DNA of 64,000 nucleotides from an uncultured Deinococcaceae bacterium (GTDB lineage Bacteria > Deinococcota > Deinococci > Deinococcales > Deinococcaceae): NCBI GenBank assembly GCA_964252075.1, contig CAXULY010000024.1:1-64000 (forward strand). Reading direction: 5' to 3'. Shown piece by piece: positions 41,597 to 52,383 of this stretch (position 1 is the stretch's first letter; every line of letters starts with the position of its first letter). A program made the translations under genes and the position numbers. The notes under the pieces are model-generated. The model worked only from the letters and a program-made list of their open reading frames with translations, was not told the DNA's origin and ran no database searches.

Positions 41597-42864
41597 ATGG
41601 CTCGACGCACAACGGACCCGCACCTCGCGCCCCGCCCGGAGCGCCCCCATCCCGGAACACGACAGCCCCCTGCAGCTCGCCGTCGCGCGCAGCATCCTGA
41701 GCGCCGCCGTCACGCCCGGCCCCCTGCCGCTCACCAGCGACGACATCCCCCTGCTGCCCTGACGATCAGCGCGCTGATCCTCCAGGGCGTGCAGCTCAAC
41801 GGCCTGCCCCTGGCGCTCACCAGCACCGAGGTCGCGCAGGCGAAGGTTGCACCGCTGTTCGCCAGCGGCCTGCTGCCCATCACGCCCCCTGAGGACGGGC
41901 AGACGCCACTGGAGTACCTGCGCTCGGCCTTGCAGGACTGGGCGCTGGCGCACCCGGGGGAATTCACCCTCAGCCTGAACGACCCGGACGCGTACCTCGA
42001 AGAGACCCTCGAGTCCGGCTCGGTGGACGATCATGACCTGGAGCACGTGCGCGGCAAGAAGGGGGGCGTGCTGGCCGTCATCGACCCGCCCGAGTGCCGG
42101 GTGTTCAGCGCGCAGCGCTTCTTCCGCCGCATGGCGCGCGCCAGCAACAAGCGGGGGCGCAGGTGGTGGCGGCGCTGGAGCGGGCGTCCATGCACAGCTG
42201 CGCGGTGTTCGGCCCGAGCACCGTCACCTCGTCCCTCGACGGGTGGGACCCGGAGGTGTCCTGGCGGGACGTGCGCGACAGCATCGCCCAGGAGCGCGGC
42301 ATCACGAGCGGCGCCGTGACGCGCGAGATGCTGCGCGCGTACCTGGCCGAGCATGACCTGGGCGAACCGGACCGCGCGCAGCGCGCCCTCGGCAAGGTCG
42401 TGATCCGCGCGCTCAAGCGGCGCACCGAGATCCCGGAGTTGCGGGTGCTGGCCGGGCGGCTCCAGCCGACCGAAGCGGCGCGGGTGCAGTCGCTGCTGGA
42501 CGACATCGAGCGTCTCGGTGTCATCAGCGAGGCGCTGCACGCGCTGGGTGGGGAGGCGACGGGTGAACTGGTGCGCGCGACGTGCGCGTCCTTCGTCACG
42601 CCGGCCTTCGTGCTGGACGTGATGAGCGCCGAGGACCTGGAGCGCGAGCACCGCTGGGGGCTGGTGCAGGAGGTGCTGGAGGAAGATTACCAGCAGCGCA
42701 TGAGCGCCGGGGAGAACCCCCCGCCCGTCCTCGCGATCTGCCTCTCGGGCGACGAGGGGTCCGCGCGAAATCTGAGGCGGGCCGTCGAGCTGATGGGCCA
42801 GGCGGAAGCGCTCACGCGCGCGTTGGTGCGGCGCATCCACGACTGGGGTGGCGACGCGGTTTGA
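41597..42864 (+). pseudogene. Frameshifted gene in the position of PRTRC protein F
   Basis: Frame 41597 is protein-like to about 42155, then continues in frame 42094 to the stop at 42864. Family identity is inferred from position only. Confidence 0.5.
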
Positions 42865-43261
42865 GCGAGCGGCGGGGCGCTTTCACGGTGGTGTGGATGA
42901 CGTCCTCGACCCTCGCGATCCCACAGCGGGTCCAGGCCCGCCTCGCGGCGCTGCTGGCGGCAGGCTGGCAGGACTTCGCCATCAGCCGCGCCCTGACCGC
43001 GTGGGGCCTGATGGTGGGACGCGGCACCGTCCGGCAGCTCGCCCCGGGGGCAACGCCTACACAAGGCCTCCCTGGCGTTGCTGGCGGCGCTGCAGGACCT
43101 GGGAAAGGCTAGGTAGGGGATCAATGGCCACCGTGCGTCCTCCTGCTTCACGGGAACACTGCCGCGTGATGTCCTGACAGGTGCGGTTAGAGGGGAACAC
43201 AGAGACCCGCTGGAAGGGAGTTGCCTCACAACCTTTAGCGCGGTGGATCCGCGTGAGGATC

Positions 43262-43582
43262 TCAAGGCGCGCTTCGCCGCTCCCGCGGGCCCCCGGTCAT
43301 CGCGCTCAGGGATGATGGGCTCACCCTCGCCCGTGCGGGCGGGGCCGTCCGTGTCCCGCTCGTGGGCGCGGGGCGGGTTCGCCACCACTCGCGGAAAGAC
43401 TGCCGGGGCAGGGCGGGCAGGTCACGGGCGTCCGTCCAGCCTGAGAGCAAGCCGGGCAGGGCGCGAATTGTGCCGTTTCTGACGAGCGGCCCCTGTCCGG
43501 TGCGGGCGAGTTTGATGGCTCCCTCGAAGCGGTGAGGTTCCGCGAACACCCACGCCGTCGTTTTCAATGCGATCGCCTCCAA
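43262..43582 (-). pseudogene. lutB: 3' fragment of lactate utilization Fe-S protein LutB/LldF
   Basis: GWTDARDLPALPRQSFREWW is the typical LutB C-terminal motif. Confidence 0.7.
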
Positions 43583-44039
43583 GCTCAGCGGCTCAGCGAG
43601 GAACTGGCGATGAACGCGCTGGAAGAAGCGCTACTGCGCCTCGACGAGATCAACCATCTACCCCAACGCGCTGGTCTCGATGCATCCGCGCGTGGCGCGC
43701 GCTGTGATGTTCCTCCAGGAGCACCTCGCCGAGCGCATCACCCTGCCAGACGTCGCCAAAGCAGCGGGGCTGAGCGTCTCCCGCCTCGCGCACCTGTTCC
43801 TCCAAACGCTGCACGTACCCCCCATGCAGTTTCTGGAACATGAGCGCATCGAACAGGCGAAGCTGCTCCTCCACTTCGCCGCGCGTAGCGTGCAGGACAT
43901 TGCGGGTGACGTCGGCTTCGACAACGCGCTCTACTTCACCCGCCGCTTCCGGGAGCGTGTCCGGTGCAGCCCTAGGCAGTACCGCCGGGCGCAACAGCGA
44001 ACACCGATGACGGGGCTGCTGGCCACAGACGAACCATGA
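43570..44039 (+). pseudogene. 3' part of an AraC family regulator, frameshifted near 43680
   Basis: LAMNALEEALL...; PRVARA...LSVSRLAHLF...RIEQAKLLL...VGFDNALYFTRRFR. Confidence 0.8.
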
Positions 44040-44160
44040 CCTCAGAGCGCCGTGCGCAGATCGTGCATAGCTTGGAGGAGGTCGTGGGCGTGGGCGTGCC
44101 GCTCATCAACCGGATGCGCCGCCAGATTCAGGTAACGCCAGCTGGGGAGGCGCGCTCCCG
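44036..44160 (+). pseudogene. LysR HTH fragment
   Basis: QIVHSLEEVVGVGVPLINRMRRQIQVTPAGEA resembles QIxxLEEELGVxLFxRxxRxVxLTPAGE. Confidence 0.55.
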
Positions 44161-44494
44161 CACGCGCGACGCGCCCTCAGCGCCGCGGAGGAGGCGCGGG
44201 TGGTGGGGGGCGTTGACCGGCCGTCCCTGTGGTTGGGTCCTTGGCGAGCGAGGTGCTAGAAGCGGTGTTCGAGGCGCGCGAACCGGGTGTGCGGCTTAGC
44301 CTGGTGTCCTTATCCCCCGACTGGTGAGGGTGTACGAGGCGATGCCCCTGCGCACTGGTTTCAACGACGCCTGCCTCAATTACCTCGGCCTCTTGTAGGT
44401 CGTGGGCGAGCGCGTGCGCGAGGCGGCGGAATGCCTACGTCATCCATAACTGCTACGCACGAGCACCACTGTGTTTGATGGAGGTGCGCCAACG

Positions 44495-47400
44495 TCAGAG
44501 TGAATTTGGGTCCCAGGAGGTCACCTTGGAGAACTTTTGGTGTACCGCCGCCCTTGAGTTCAGAGGATCTCCACTCTCGCTCCTGACCTCATGTATGGCT
44601 CGTCCCGTCAGGGTTCGTTCACCCCATACAGCCCACACCACGCACAACTCGTGCTCCATAAGAAAGGGCTTCAGCACCTCCCTGCTCAGGTATGTGAAGG
44701 ACTGCTGGTCGTGCAGGTACTCCCCATGACCTACATAGATTGCCTGCACGACGCCCGCCGCATCGACAAAGTCGAAGCTGTGCGTGCGGCGCCGCAACCC
44801 CAGCGCCTCCACAAGGTGACGCGTGGGAACAGTAGCGTGCCATTCCGGGTTCGCTGCGCTCTTGTATGCAGGCCAGCTGCCGTCCTCTACAGGGACGTAA
44901 ACGTCGGTCCTTCGTTCCTCGACGTCGTCGCGTTCCACCATGACATCGTCGAGACGCCACTCGATCCCACGCCGCTCCAACTCCTGCGTGAGTGCCTGAT
45001 CCCACGCTTCGTCCGAGTCCTCCTCTCCCTCCAAGGGCTGCGCCGCCGCCAAAACATCCGCGCATTCCTCGTCCTCGATGGGAACACCGCCACGGTGCAG
45101 CACGAGGTGCTGCTCGACATCGTTCACCTTGCCGAGCACGCGCCGGAGCGTCACCTCAAACCACGGCCCTGCGTCACCGACTGGAAGGTCCGCCGCAAAC
45201 GCCTCCGAGGGGTTGCGTTGATGGGGCAGTTGAAGGTCGCGCGGCTCCTGCGCCTCCAGCAGGGAGATGAGCGTTGGAGCGTCGACCGCACGAACCAAGA
45301 ATGCGTGGATGAACGCGAGAAGCACGCGTCCCGACGACTCGTCCGTCTGGCGGACATGCCCATTGAGGGCGATCCACGGCCCCCCAGGCACGCTTTCCAG
45401 TTCTCCAAGCAGCACGTACGGCGTGACATTGGGCTCGCCGCCATCCACGATCCAGCCGGTGAAGTCTTGCTGAGGCTCACCGAGCCAGTCATCCCGGACG
45501 ACTTCGAGGGTGCGGGGCGCCTCCGGGAACGAGATGTCCACGTCGGAGAAGTCCAGCGCGCGGCGGTACTCTCCGAGCTCGCCGTCATCGAGCAACCTGC
45601 CAGCCAGTTCGTGAAAGGCAATCCACCCGTACTTCTTGCCGTAGCGTTCTGTCTTGTGCCCATCTGCGGAGCGATTGGAATGATCGCGGCGGGCGATTTC
45701 GAGGTCCATGTCTTTGAACAGCCGCCTGTCGTAGCCGAGCTCGTGGACCCGCCACAGGATTTGGCGACGGACGAGCTGGTACCCCGCATGGTCGTAGTTA
45801 TAGTTGCCCCGCTCGGGAACCAGAACACTCAGCGTGTAGTTCTCGAAGTCCATCTTCAGGACGTCATGCGCGTTGAACGCGTCGTCTTCGTCCTCGCGCG
45901 TGCCCAATAGTGGGCGCAGATCGTGTGGGTACGGCCCCGTCACACGCGTGAGCTCGGCTGGGTCGAGCAGGTTCGGGTGGTGCCGGAGGGCGGCGCGAAT
46001 GAGCCGCCGTGCGTACGACAGGGTGAGGACGTGCGTCGTCGCGGCCGGCGCCCCCTGCGCGAACACCTCTTTGAACACCAGCAGCGCGAGCCGCGGCAAT
46101 TCGCCGTGAATGAACGCACCATCGTGCTCCTGCTCGCGGGCTTCCGCAGCGCCTGATACGGCGGCGAGGACGCGCTCAACGACGTACGGGTCATTTACGG
46201 GGAGGAACCGTGCCAGGAGCGGGAGCAGCAGCGTGGGGTGCTGGTAGCCGAACCAGTGAAGGGCGCGCGTCGCCAAGTCCCGCAGCGGCCTGTGCGTCGT
46301 GGTGGGCGTCCATGCCACCCAGATGGCGCGCAGCAGCTCGGCCTCGTCGACGTCCGACCCGCCTCGCCAGCGGCCCTCTAGGTACTCAACATCGCTGAGC
46401 AGTCCTGCTGCATGTCGGCGTATCCACTCGGACCACGCGAGGTCACGCCGGGCGACTGACAACGCCGACAGGACGTCGTGCGTGAACTCCGCATTCAGCG
46501 GGTGCGTGGGCACGGCACGCGCCCGTCGCAGCTGATCGAACAGGCCCGGCAGCGCCGTTGGATTCCGCTTTGCGGTGACGCGTAACTCGTCGACCGTCAC
46601 GGGGTCAAGCAGATGTGGCTCAAGCTGAAGCGTCCCGGCGAGGGCGTTCATGCGAAGGGCGCCGTCCAGCACCCTCCACCACTGCTGCCCTCTGTGCAGG
46701 CGGGGTGTCAACCCCACCAGGGCTGTGAACACATCAGGTGCGAGTGTGTGCTGCTCCGGACCATATGTGAACGCGGCAACCGTGCGGGGTATGCGCGCCC
46801 AGCTTTCAAGGTCCAGAGGGCGCGTGGTGTGCAGGAGCGCCCTGGCCACGAGGTGCCCGGCGAGTCGGTCGTACACCACCATGACCCGCTGATCCAAGGA
46901 ACCTGGCTTGGCGGGTGCGCGCAGCAACAGGCGGCCCTGCTCCAATGCTCGCACGATGCTCGTGTCCCAGGACCTGTGTTGATCCCCGAGGACGCGCCGC
47001 AGATCAGACACCACCAAGGTCCGACTTCCAGTCTCCCACAGCTGACGACCGATTTCGACGAACGCCTGCTCCACGTCCTGCTGGTGGAGGCGCTGGTACG
47101 GGGGAGAGAGCGCCGCAGTCCGCTCGGCAACCTGCTGGAGGAAGCGATCATACAATGCGGTGAGTGACGTCGGCATGGCCTCCATCCCCACCACGCGCTC
47201 GCGGGAGGGATTGGTGACCTCGCAGTACAGCCGCAGCGTCAGCGGTTCTTGCAGCATGTCCAGCGGGACCTCGGCGTCCCCGGGGTCGATTCGGTAGTGG
47301 GTGAAGTACCGCCTGACCGCCTCCTCGGTGTCCTCGGCGAAGCCGGAGATGTTGATGCTTGCTGTTTCGAGTGGCAGGGCGTCGTCCACGAAACCAGGGC

Positions 47401-48721
47401 GGACTGTGACGACGACGAGCACGTATGGGTACGCTGTGAGCACGACCCGGAGGGAGGCCAGTAACCCCTGCCACACGCGTGGGTCCTCCGCCTCGTTCAG
47501 GCCGTCGATGACGAGGGGCACGCGTCGTCCCGCACGTCGTCCCGCCGCGTCAAGCGCGGCGACGAGCGCTTCCATGGACGCGACTGGACGTCCATGGATC
47601 ACGACACCGCGAGCGAGGTCGTCAAGCGTCTGCCGAGCCGCGAGAGCATGGCCGTGCAGGAGGAGACCTGCGGGCCGCCTCTCCTCGGGAAGGGAGACGG
47701 AGACGGCCAGTTCCGTCTTTCCGTGGCCCGCCTCAGCTGTGACGCTGACCAACCCCAGGTTGACGTGCCGCAAGAGGTCCTTGTAGATCTCTCGGGCCTC
47801 TTGCACATCAGCAATGAGGTTCGTGGCGAACAGTGCGTGAGCGAGGCGCAGGGTTCGGAGGCGGCGAGGTAGCGCGCGCTCCTCGGCGCTCAAGTTTTGA
47901 GGGAGGGACGTGAGGACTGTCCTGACGCGCTCAAGGTCCCCCTCTTCAAGCCAATGCCGCGCGTCGCAGAGCATCGTCACGTGCTCGGCTGCCTTGTCGA
48001 GTAGCCCCTCGACCGTAGCAGTATGCACCGCTGACAAGTCTGGCAGTCCGCGCAGCCCATCTGCTGATGCCTGCACGACATCAGCCTGTGTGGCAAGATC
48101 GGTCCACGCGTTCGGGGCGGCGAGTACTGTCCTCAGGACCGACTCGGCCTGGACGACTTGGTGTACCTCGGGCTGCCACCGCGCCCCAATCGGGGCGACT
48201 GCGCGCTCGTGCAGCGCTTGGAGGGTTGTAGGGGTGAGGACGAGTTCACCGAAGTACGTGGCCCGGAGGATGTCCGCCTCGCCGCTCAGGTGCTCCTCAA
48301 CCTCGGCTGAGGTCCACGCGTGCAATCTGACCTGTGTCGGCAGGGTTTGGAACCAATCTTGGTCACCTTCTGTGAGAGGGTGCCGCGTCCAAAGTACCCA
48401 GTCCGTCAGCCCGGGCAGTTCCCGTTCGCTGGTCGCGAGGGCTTCGGCGATCTTGTTCCGGCGTGTCGTACCGATCGCTCTGCCCGATGGAAGGTCGTAC
48501 CAGCGGCACTGCCAACCGTACCTTCTGCCTGGTGCGCCCAGGGAGCAGTTCTGATCAAGGATGAGGTCGAACTCTACACCGGCCTGTGAGGCGAGGGCAG
48601 TGAAGCGACCGTAGCGGGCGTAGTGACGGCGGACGAGAGCGCGGCACAGCATCTCGAAGTTCGTGGTGGTGGCGCCTGGCAGCCCCACAAAGACGTCCCA
48701 GTTCAGCGCTGGCACCGTCAA
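44495..48721 (-). CDS. STAND-class ATPase with N-terminal restriction-endonuclease-like domain; Avs2 (AVAST type 2)-like anti-phage protein
   Basis: N-terminal FEMLC...GVEF...GWQCRW; Walker A AEAGHGKT; Walker B LVIDGLNE; PLTLRLYC; NDPYVVER; ERYGKKYGWIAFHE. Confidence 0.82.
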   Translation of the reverse strand: MTVPALNWDVFVGLPGATTTNFEMLCRALVRRHYARYGRFTALASQAGVEFDLILDQNCSLGAPGRRYGWQCRWYDLPSGRAIGTTRRNKIAEALATSERELPGLTDWVLWTRHPLTEGDQDWFQTLPTQVRLHAWTSAEVEEHLSGEADILRATYFGELVLTPTTLQALHERAVAPIGARWQPEVHQVVQAESVLRTVLAAPNAWTDLATQADVVQASADGLRGLPDLSAVHTATVEGLLDKAAEHVTMLCDARHWLEEGDLERVRTVLTSLPQNLSAEERALPRRLRTLRLAHALFATNLIADVQEAREIYKDLLRHVNLGLVSVTAEAGHGKTELAVSVSLPEERRPAGLLLHGHALAARQTLDDLARGVVIHGRPVASMEALVAALDAAGRRAGRRVPLVIDGLNEAEDPRVWQGLLASLRVVLTAYPYVLVVVTVRPGFVDDALPLETASINISGFAEDTEEAVRRYFTHYRIDPGDAEVPLDMLQEPLTLRLYCEVTNPSRERVVGMEAMPTSLTALYDRFLQQVAERTAALSPPYQRLHQQDVEQAFVEIGRQLWETGSRTLVVSDLRRVLGDQHRSWDTSIVRALEQGRLLLRAPAKPGSLDQRVMVVYDRLAGHLVARALLHTTRPLDLESWARIPRTVAAFTYGPEQHTLAPDVFTALVGLTPRLHRGQQWWRVLDGALRMNALAGTLQLEPHLLDPVTVDELRVTAKRNPTALPGLFDQLRRARAVPTHPLNAEFTHDVLSALSVARRDLAWSEWIRRHAAGLLSDVEYLEGRWRGGSDVDEAELLRAIWVAWTPTTTHRPLRDLATRALHWFGYQHPTLLLPLLARFLPVNDPYVVERVLAAVSGAAEAREQEHDGAFIHGELPRLALLVFKEVFAQGAPAATTHVLTLSYARRLIRAALRHHPNLLDPAELTRVTGPYPHDLRPLLGTREDEDDAFNAHDVLKMDFENYTLSVLVPERGNYNYDHAGYQLVRRQILWRVHELGYDRRLFKDMDLEIARRDHSNRSADGHKTERYGKKYGWIAFHELAGRLLDDGELGEYRRALDFSDVDISFPEAPRTLEVVRDDWLGEPQQDFTGWIVDGGEPNVTPYVLLGELESVPGGPWIALNGHVRQTDESSGRVLLAFIHAFLVRAVDAPTLISLLEAQEPRDLQLPHQRNPSEAFAADLPVGDAGPWFEVTLRRVLGKVNDVEQHLVLHRGGVPIEDEECADVLAAAQPLEGEEDSDEAWDQALTQELERRGIEWRLDDVMVERDDVEERRTDVYVPVEDGSWPAYKSAANPEWHATVPTRHLVEALGLRRRTHSFDFVDAAGVVQAIYVGHGEYLHDQQSFTYLSREVLKPFLMEHELCVVWAVWGERTLTGRAIHEVRSESGDPLNSRAAVHQKFSKVTSWDPNSL

Positions 48722-49134
48722 CTTCCGCTGGTCTGGCGTCCGTGTTCGCTTGGGTAGTTGTGTGCGGAGAACACCTCGACGCGCGCGCCCTTGTCCACGA
48801 AAACCTTCAAGAACGCGGAGAACTCACTCTCCTCGGTGGTCAGGATCAGGTCCGCGCCATCGCGCGCCATCTGGTGCTCGTACACAAATTGCTCAAGTTC
48901 CTGAGGTGTCACGAGGATGAAGTTCCGATCCATCATGAACGTCAGCATCTCGTCGGGGAATCGCTGGGTGGGCTCCCCTACAGTGATCACGCCCTCGTCG
49001 ACGCTCTTTTGCACGTGTCCGACGAGTTCGTCGATCAACTGCTTGGCCTGCTCAGCGTCATCGGCGCTCTTGAAGTGCCCGATCATCACAAGGTTCATTG
49101 AGTGTTCGGAGCCGTAGCCGTTCCAGACTTTCAT
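48718..49134 (-). CDS. Small conserved protein (DUF6375-like) between the radical SAM and STAND genes
   Basis: MKVWNGYGSEHSMNLVMIGHF...KGARVEVFSAHNY; 4-bp overlaps on both sides. Confidence 0.8.
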   Translation of the reverse strand: MKVWNGYGSEHSMNLVMIGHFKSADDAEQAKQLIDELVGHVQKSVDEGVITVGEPTQRFPDEMLTFMMDRNFILVTPQELEQFVYEHQMARDGADLILTTEESEFSAFLKVFVDKGARVEVFSAHNYPSEHGRQTSGS

Positions 49135-50039
49135 GCCTTACCTCTGGGAAGGGTGGACCGGAGAACCGCGAGGGCTCCGAGCAGAGTGGCATTCCCAATG
49201 GGAATGCGGTGTGTGGCGAACGACGACGCGCTCAGTTCGCCATGGGCGTTGACATGGACATACGCGTCAAGTCCCTTCTCGTGGACGAGGGGCCGACAGA
49301 CGGGCAGGCCGTCGGCGTTGGCCTCACTCACCGCGAGTGGAACTGGGCCGCGGTAGGCCCGAACCCAAGCATTTAGAGCCTGCGTTGTGCTTGCGTCGGT
49401 CCCGGCGCGTCCAGGCGTGGCCTGTTCAGGGAGCAGCAGCAGCTCGCGCGCCCCGAGTTCCGCCGCGATGTCGGCGACGTCCGAGAGTGTCTTCATGGTC
49501 TCGTGGTTCACCACAACGTTCAACCCGATGGGTGAGATGATGGCGGCGTCACGGGCGCGCGTCAGGAAAGCCGAGAAGGGACGCCCCCGGTTCGACTCGT
49601 ACGTTCGGTGCGTGCCGTCCATGCTAAGTCGCAGGAAGTGCACGTGACCGTCGAGTGTCGCGAGCAGTTCCCGAGTGAGGTGATGGCCGTGCGTGGTGAA
49701 GGTCACGGCGAGTGTGGTCTGCTGCGTCGCAAAGCGGCAGAGCTCGGCGAACGCAGGGTGAAGCGTCGGTTCGCCGCCACCGAAGCCGACGCCGAGGCAC
49801 CCGTGCTCGTCCAACTCCGTCAGCCAGAACTGCACCCTGTTCACATCCAGTCGCGCTGGGGTTTTTGGAGCGTAACAGTACGGGCATTTCAGGTCACAGG
49901 CGTTGGTGAGCGCAATGGACACTTGGCGTGGCGCAAGCGAGTAACCGGAAGAATTAGGGGTCACCTCATCAAAGAGGACATTCCAACCAGAACGTCGGTC
50001 GAAGAGATGCATCCCATCAGGACTCCGCCGGATCTTCAC
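49131..50039 (-). CDS. Radical SAM protein
   Basis: LTNACDLKCPYCY (CxxxCxxC), GGGEP, TTHG and LSMDG; no Cys-rich SPASM tail. Confidence 0.93.
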   Translation of the reverse strand: MKIRRSPDGMHLFDRRSGWNVLFDEVTPNSSGYSLAPRQVSIALTNACDLKCPYCYAPKTPARLDVNRVQFWLTELDEHGCLGVGFGGGEPTLHPAFAELCRFATQQTTLAVTFTTHGHHLTRELLATLDGHVHFLRLSMDGTHRTYESNRGRPFSAFLTRARDAAIISPIGLNVVVNHETMKTLSDVADIAAELGARELLLLPEQATPGRAGTDASTTQALNAWVRAYRGPVPLAVSEANADGLPVCRPLVHEKGLDAYVHVNAHGELSASSFATHRIPIGNATLLGALAVLRSTLPRGKA

Positions 50040-50429
50040 GGCCGACGCACCTTAAGCTGCTGGATTTTCACAGGAGGCCAAGGCACCGTCGGGGAGCACC
50101 GTTGAAGTTCTGCCCGCAAGTGACGATGGTGTTTCACCTGTTGAGGTGGATCGGTTTGCAACGTGAAGCTGTCTTCGATTCCGTTCGGCACCTGCTGGAT
50201 GAGGCTTGGCTCGATGCCATGGGTGATCTTCGTTGCCTTGTAGGATTCATCGGCATTGATCACAACACCACTCCTGCTCATCAATGGACTGAGATTGGGC
50301 ATCAAGGGGGTGCTGGATGTAGCGGCAATCTTGGAGTGCATGCCAGGCAGGGCCATGGATAGGGCATTTTAGGCCATTTGTTTGGTGGGGGCTGCGTGGC
50401 GAGCAAGAACACGGTCCTCGGCTTCTGAG

Positions 50430-50741
50430 GTAGCAGTAGGTGTGCATCAGCGCCTGCTGTTGGGCCTGACCGACACGCAAGAGCTCGACGAAATTGCCGC
50501 GTATGGTGATGTGCTGGGCGCGCTGTACCCTCGCACCCTCCTGTACCTCATCTCGAACGCTTTGGAAGGGCACCGCGATGTGCCCGTCCTCGGCATGCAG
50601 ACGTTTTTGATGGACACGAAATTCGGTACGGAGCGCGCCGCCTTTAGTGAAGTTTACTGGGTTCCGGCGACCATGGACAACCACGAAATTAACCGGCATT
50701 CGCACGGGGGCTTTTCAAGGAACGCCGACATCATCGAATAG
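50430..50741 (+). pseudogene. C-terminal fragment of an alpha/beta-hydrolase-like domain
   Basis: LTDTQELDE...YPRTLLYLISNALE...PVLGM...SHGGF; no 5' part. Confidence 0.45.
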
Positions 50742-51164
50742 ATCAACCGCCAACTGCCACCGCGCCAGTAGTGCCCCGGCTCCGCTGCTGCTCTCAACCG
50801 TGACAGTGATAATGTTCCCCTTCCCGTGCCTACTCATCAATCCGTCGAGCGCTGAGGAAAGCGCTCGACGGGGTTGCAGAGCCGCGCTGAGGGAGGTTTC
50901 TTGGGGAGCGCTCGCCTGGGCGGCCAGCAAGCCCACGACGTTCAGCGCCAACTTCATGTAATTCACCGGATGCAGGCGCTGCCACAATCCCTCGACACTT
51001 GGGCAATCCCCTCACGACCGACCAGCGCGGCACGGCGTGCCCGCGAGGCGGTGTCCGTGCCGTCAAGCAGCAGCAGGGCCGGTCCTAGAGCGCTGTCTCA
51101 TTGGACAAGATGGATGTGATCCGGGACGCATCACAAGCAAGGCCCCGCGGACGGCGCGCTCAAC

Positions 51165-51842
51165 TCACACCTCCGGAATGTCAGCAGGTTCGATAAGGGT
51201 GCATACCCGCGCGGCGTCCGGGACGGTGATGAACACCGGCTTCGACGGATCCTCCACCTGCCAGTAGAACCGCACCTCCTCCTGGTACGCGTAAGCGTCC
51301 GTTTTCACGAAACCGGGGTGCACGTGCCGCGACTCCCACTCAAAGGTTCTGGAAGAATAGTACTGGCAGGGCCCCCAGCCCATATTCGATGCGATTCGGC
51401 CAGCCTGAAGGTGCAGGCCGAGCGCGATCGCCTGCGTGTACGCCAGTGGGTCATCGATGCGGATGACGGTGTTCCCGAAATCCGTGAGCATCCGCCTCGA
51501 CAGCACGCGGCTGGTGGACTGGATGAACGCGGGATTCGCGACGCGAGTGTCGACCCACACGTCGTTCCGGAAAAGTATGTGCGCGCCGTTGTCCAGGTTC
51601 CCCCGCGCGGCCTGCTCCCGCAGCGGCGCTGGGGTTTCCGGCGTGACGATACCGGTGTGGTAGTAATCCCCACGCTGCACGTAGGTGCCCTCGGTATACC
51701 CTTCTTGGTCGTCCCCGATCGCCGTGCCTAACGCCTCAATGTCCTGGGAGTACGAGAGCTGCGCGAGTCGCATGTGGCCCGTCTCCAGGAACTCTCTAAT
51801 GTACTGCTCTTCGGAGTACCGGTACAACACTGAGTTATCCAT
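51165..51842 (-). CDS. Hypothetical protein with DUF2971-like motifs
   Basis: LYRY...IGDDQEG...IQSTS...FVKTDAYAYQEEVRF; lower GC than the flanks. Confidence 0.7.
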   Translation of the reverse strand: MDNSVLYRYSEEQYIREFLETGHMRLAQLSYSQDIEALGTAIGDDQEGYTEGTYVQRGDYYHTGIVTPETPAPLREQAARGNLDNGAHILFRNDVWVDTRVANPAFIQSTSRVLSRRMLTDFGNTVIRIDDPLAYTQAIALGLHLQAGRIASNMGWGPCQYYSSRTFEWESRHVHPGFVKTDAYAYQEEVRFYWQVEDPSKPVFITVPDAARVCTLIEPADIPEV

Positions 51843-52123
51843 TCCGCTCCAATCAGGCGCTTTGCACCTCAAAGCAAGCACTCCACACCGCTTGTAGTAA
51901 AAATCACAAGCTCGCCTCATGCGGTGATGGCACTTACGTTTCTGTCGGCTTTAAGCTTGGTGCGTCCGCCTCACGCACCACCTTCACCTGCGTGATCGCC
52001 GTCAGGTCCTTAAGGCGTTCATGATGCCCGGTCGTTCTATAACCACGTCCTTACGTTCCCTCCTCCGTACCACCAGGTGTACCCTGCACCCACCCCGCAC
52101 ATCACCAAGAGGAACACCCCGGC

Positions 52124-52369
52124 ATGACTCGCGAAGAAGCCCGCAGCGTCTGCCTTACCTGCCTCGAAACGCTCATTGAGGAAGCCCACGACCTCGACCT
52201 GTCCGTCGCCACGTTTGTCAGCTACGACGATGACGGCGACTTGAACACCCGATAGCGCGCGAATCACGCCGACCCGCGCATCCTCGAAAGCATCATGTTC
52301 GGCGCCCACCGCCACCTCACCGGCGAACACCTTCAGCTCCCCACTCCCAGCGCCGATGACCTCAACTGA
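52124..52369 (+). pseudogene. Hypothetical gene with in-frame TAG
   Basis: GAGGA RBS; MTREEARSVC...; TAG at 52253-52255, and the frame stays protein-like to 52369. Confidence 0.5.
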
Positions 52370-52383
52370 GAAGCGAGACCCGT

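Noticed and set aside
49131..50039. Radical SAM protein as a prokaryotic viperin
   Set aside because: It lacks the viperin-type N(Y/W/F)H...CNYxCxFC context; the motif here is SIALTNACDLKCPYC.
50036..50356. Fourth gene of the Avs operon (GTGA overlap with the radical SAM gene)
   Set aside because: Weak codon bias, no clear RBS and no recognisable motif; probably promoter region, though not excluded.
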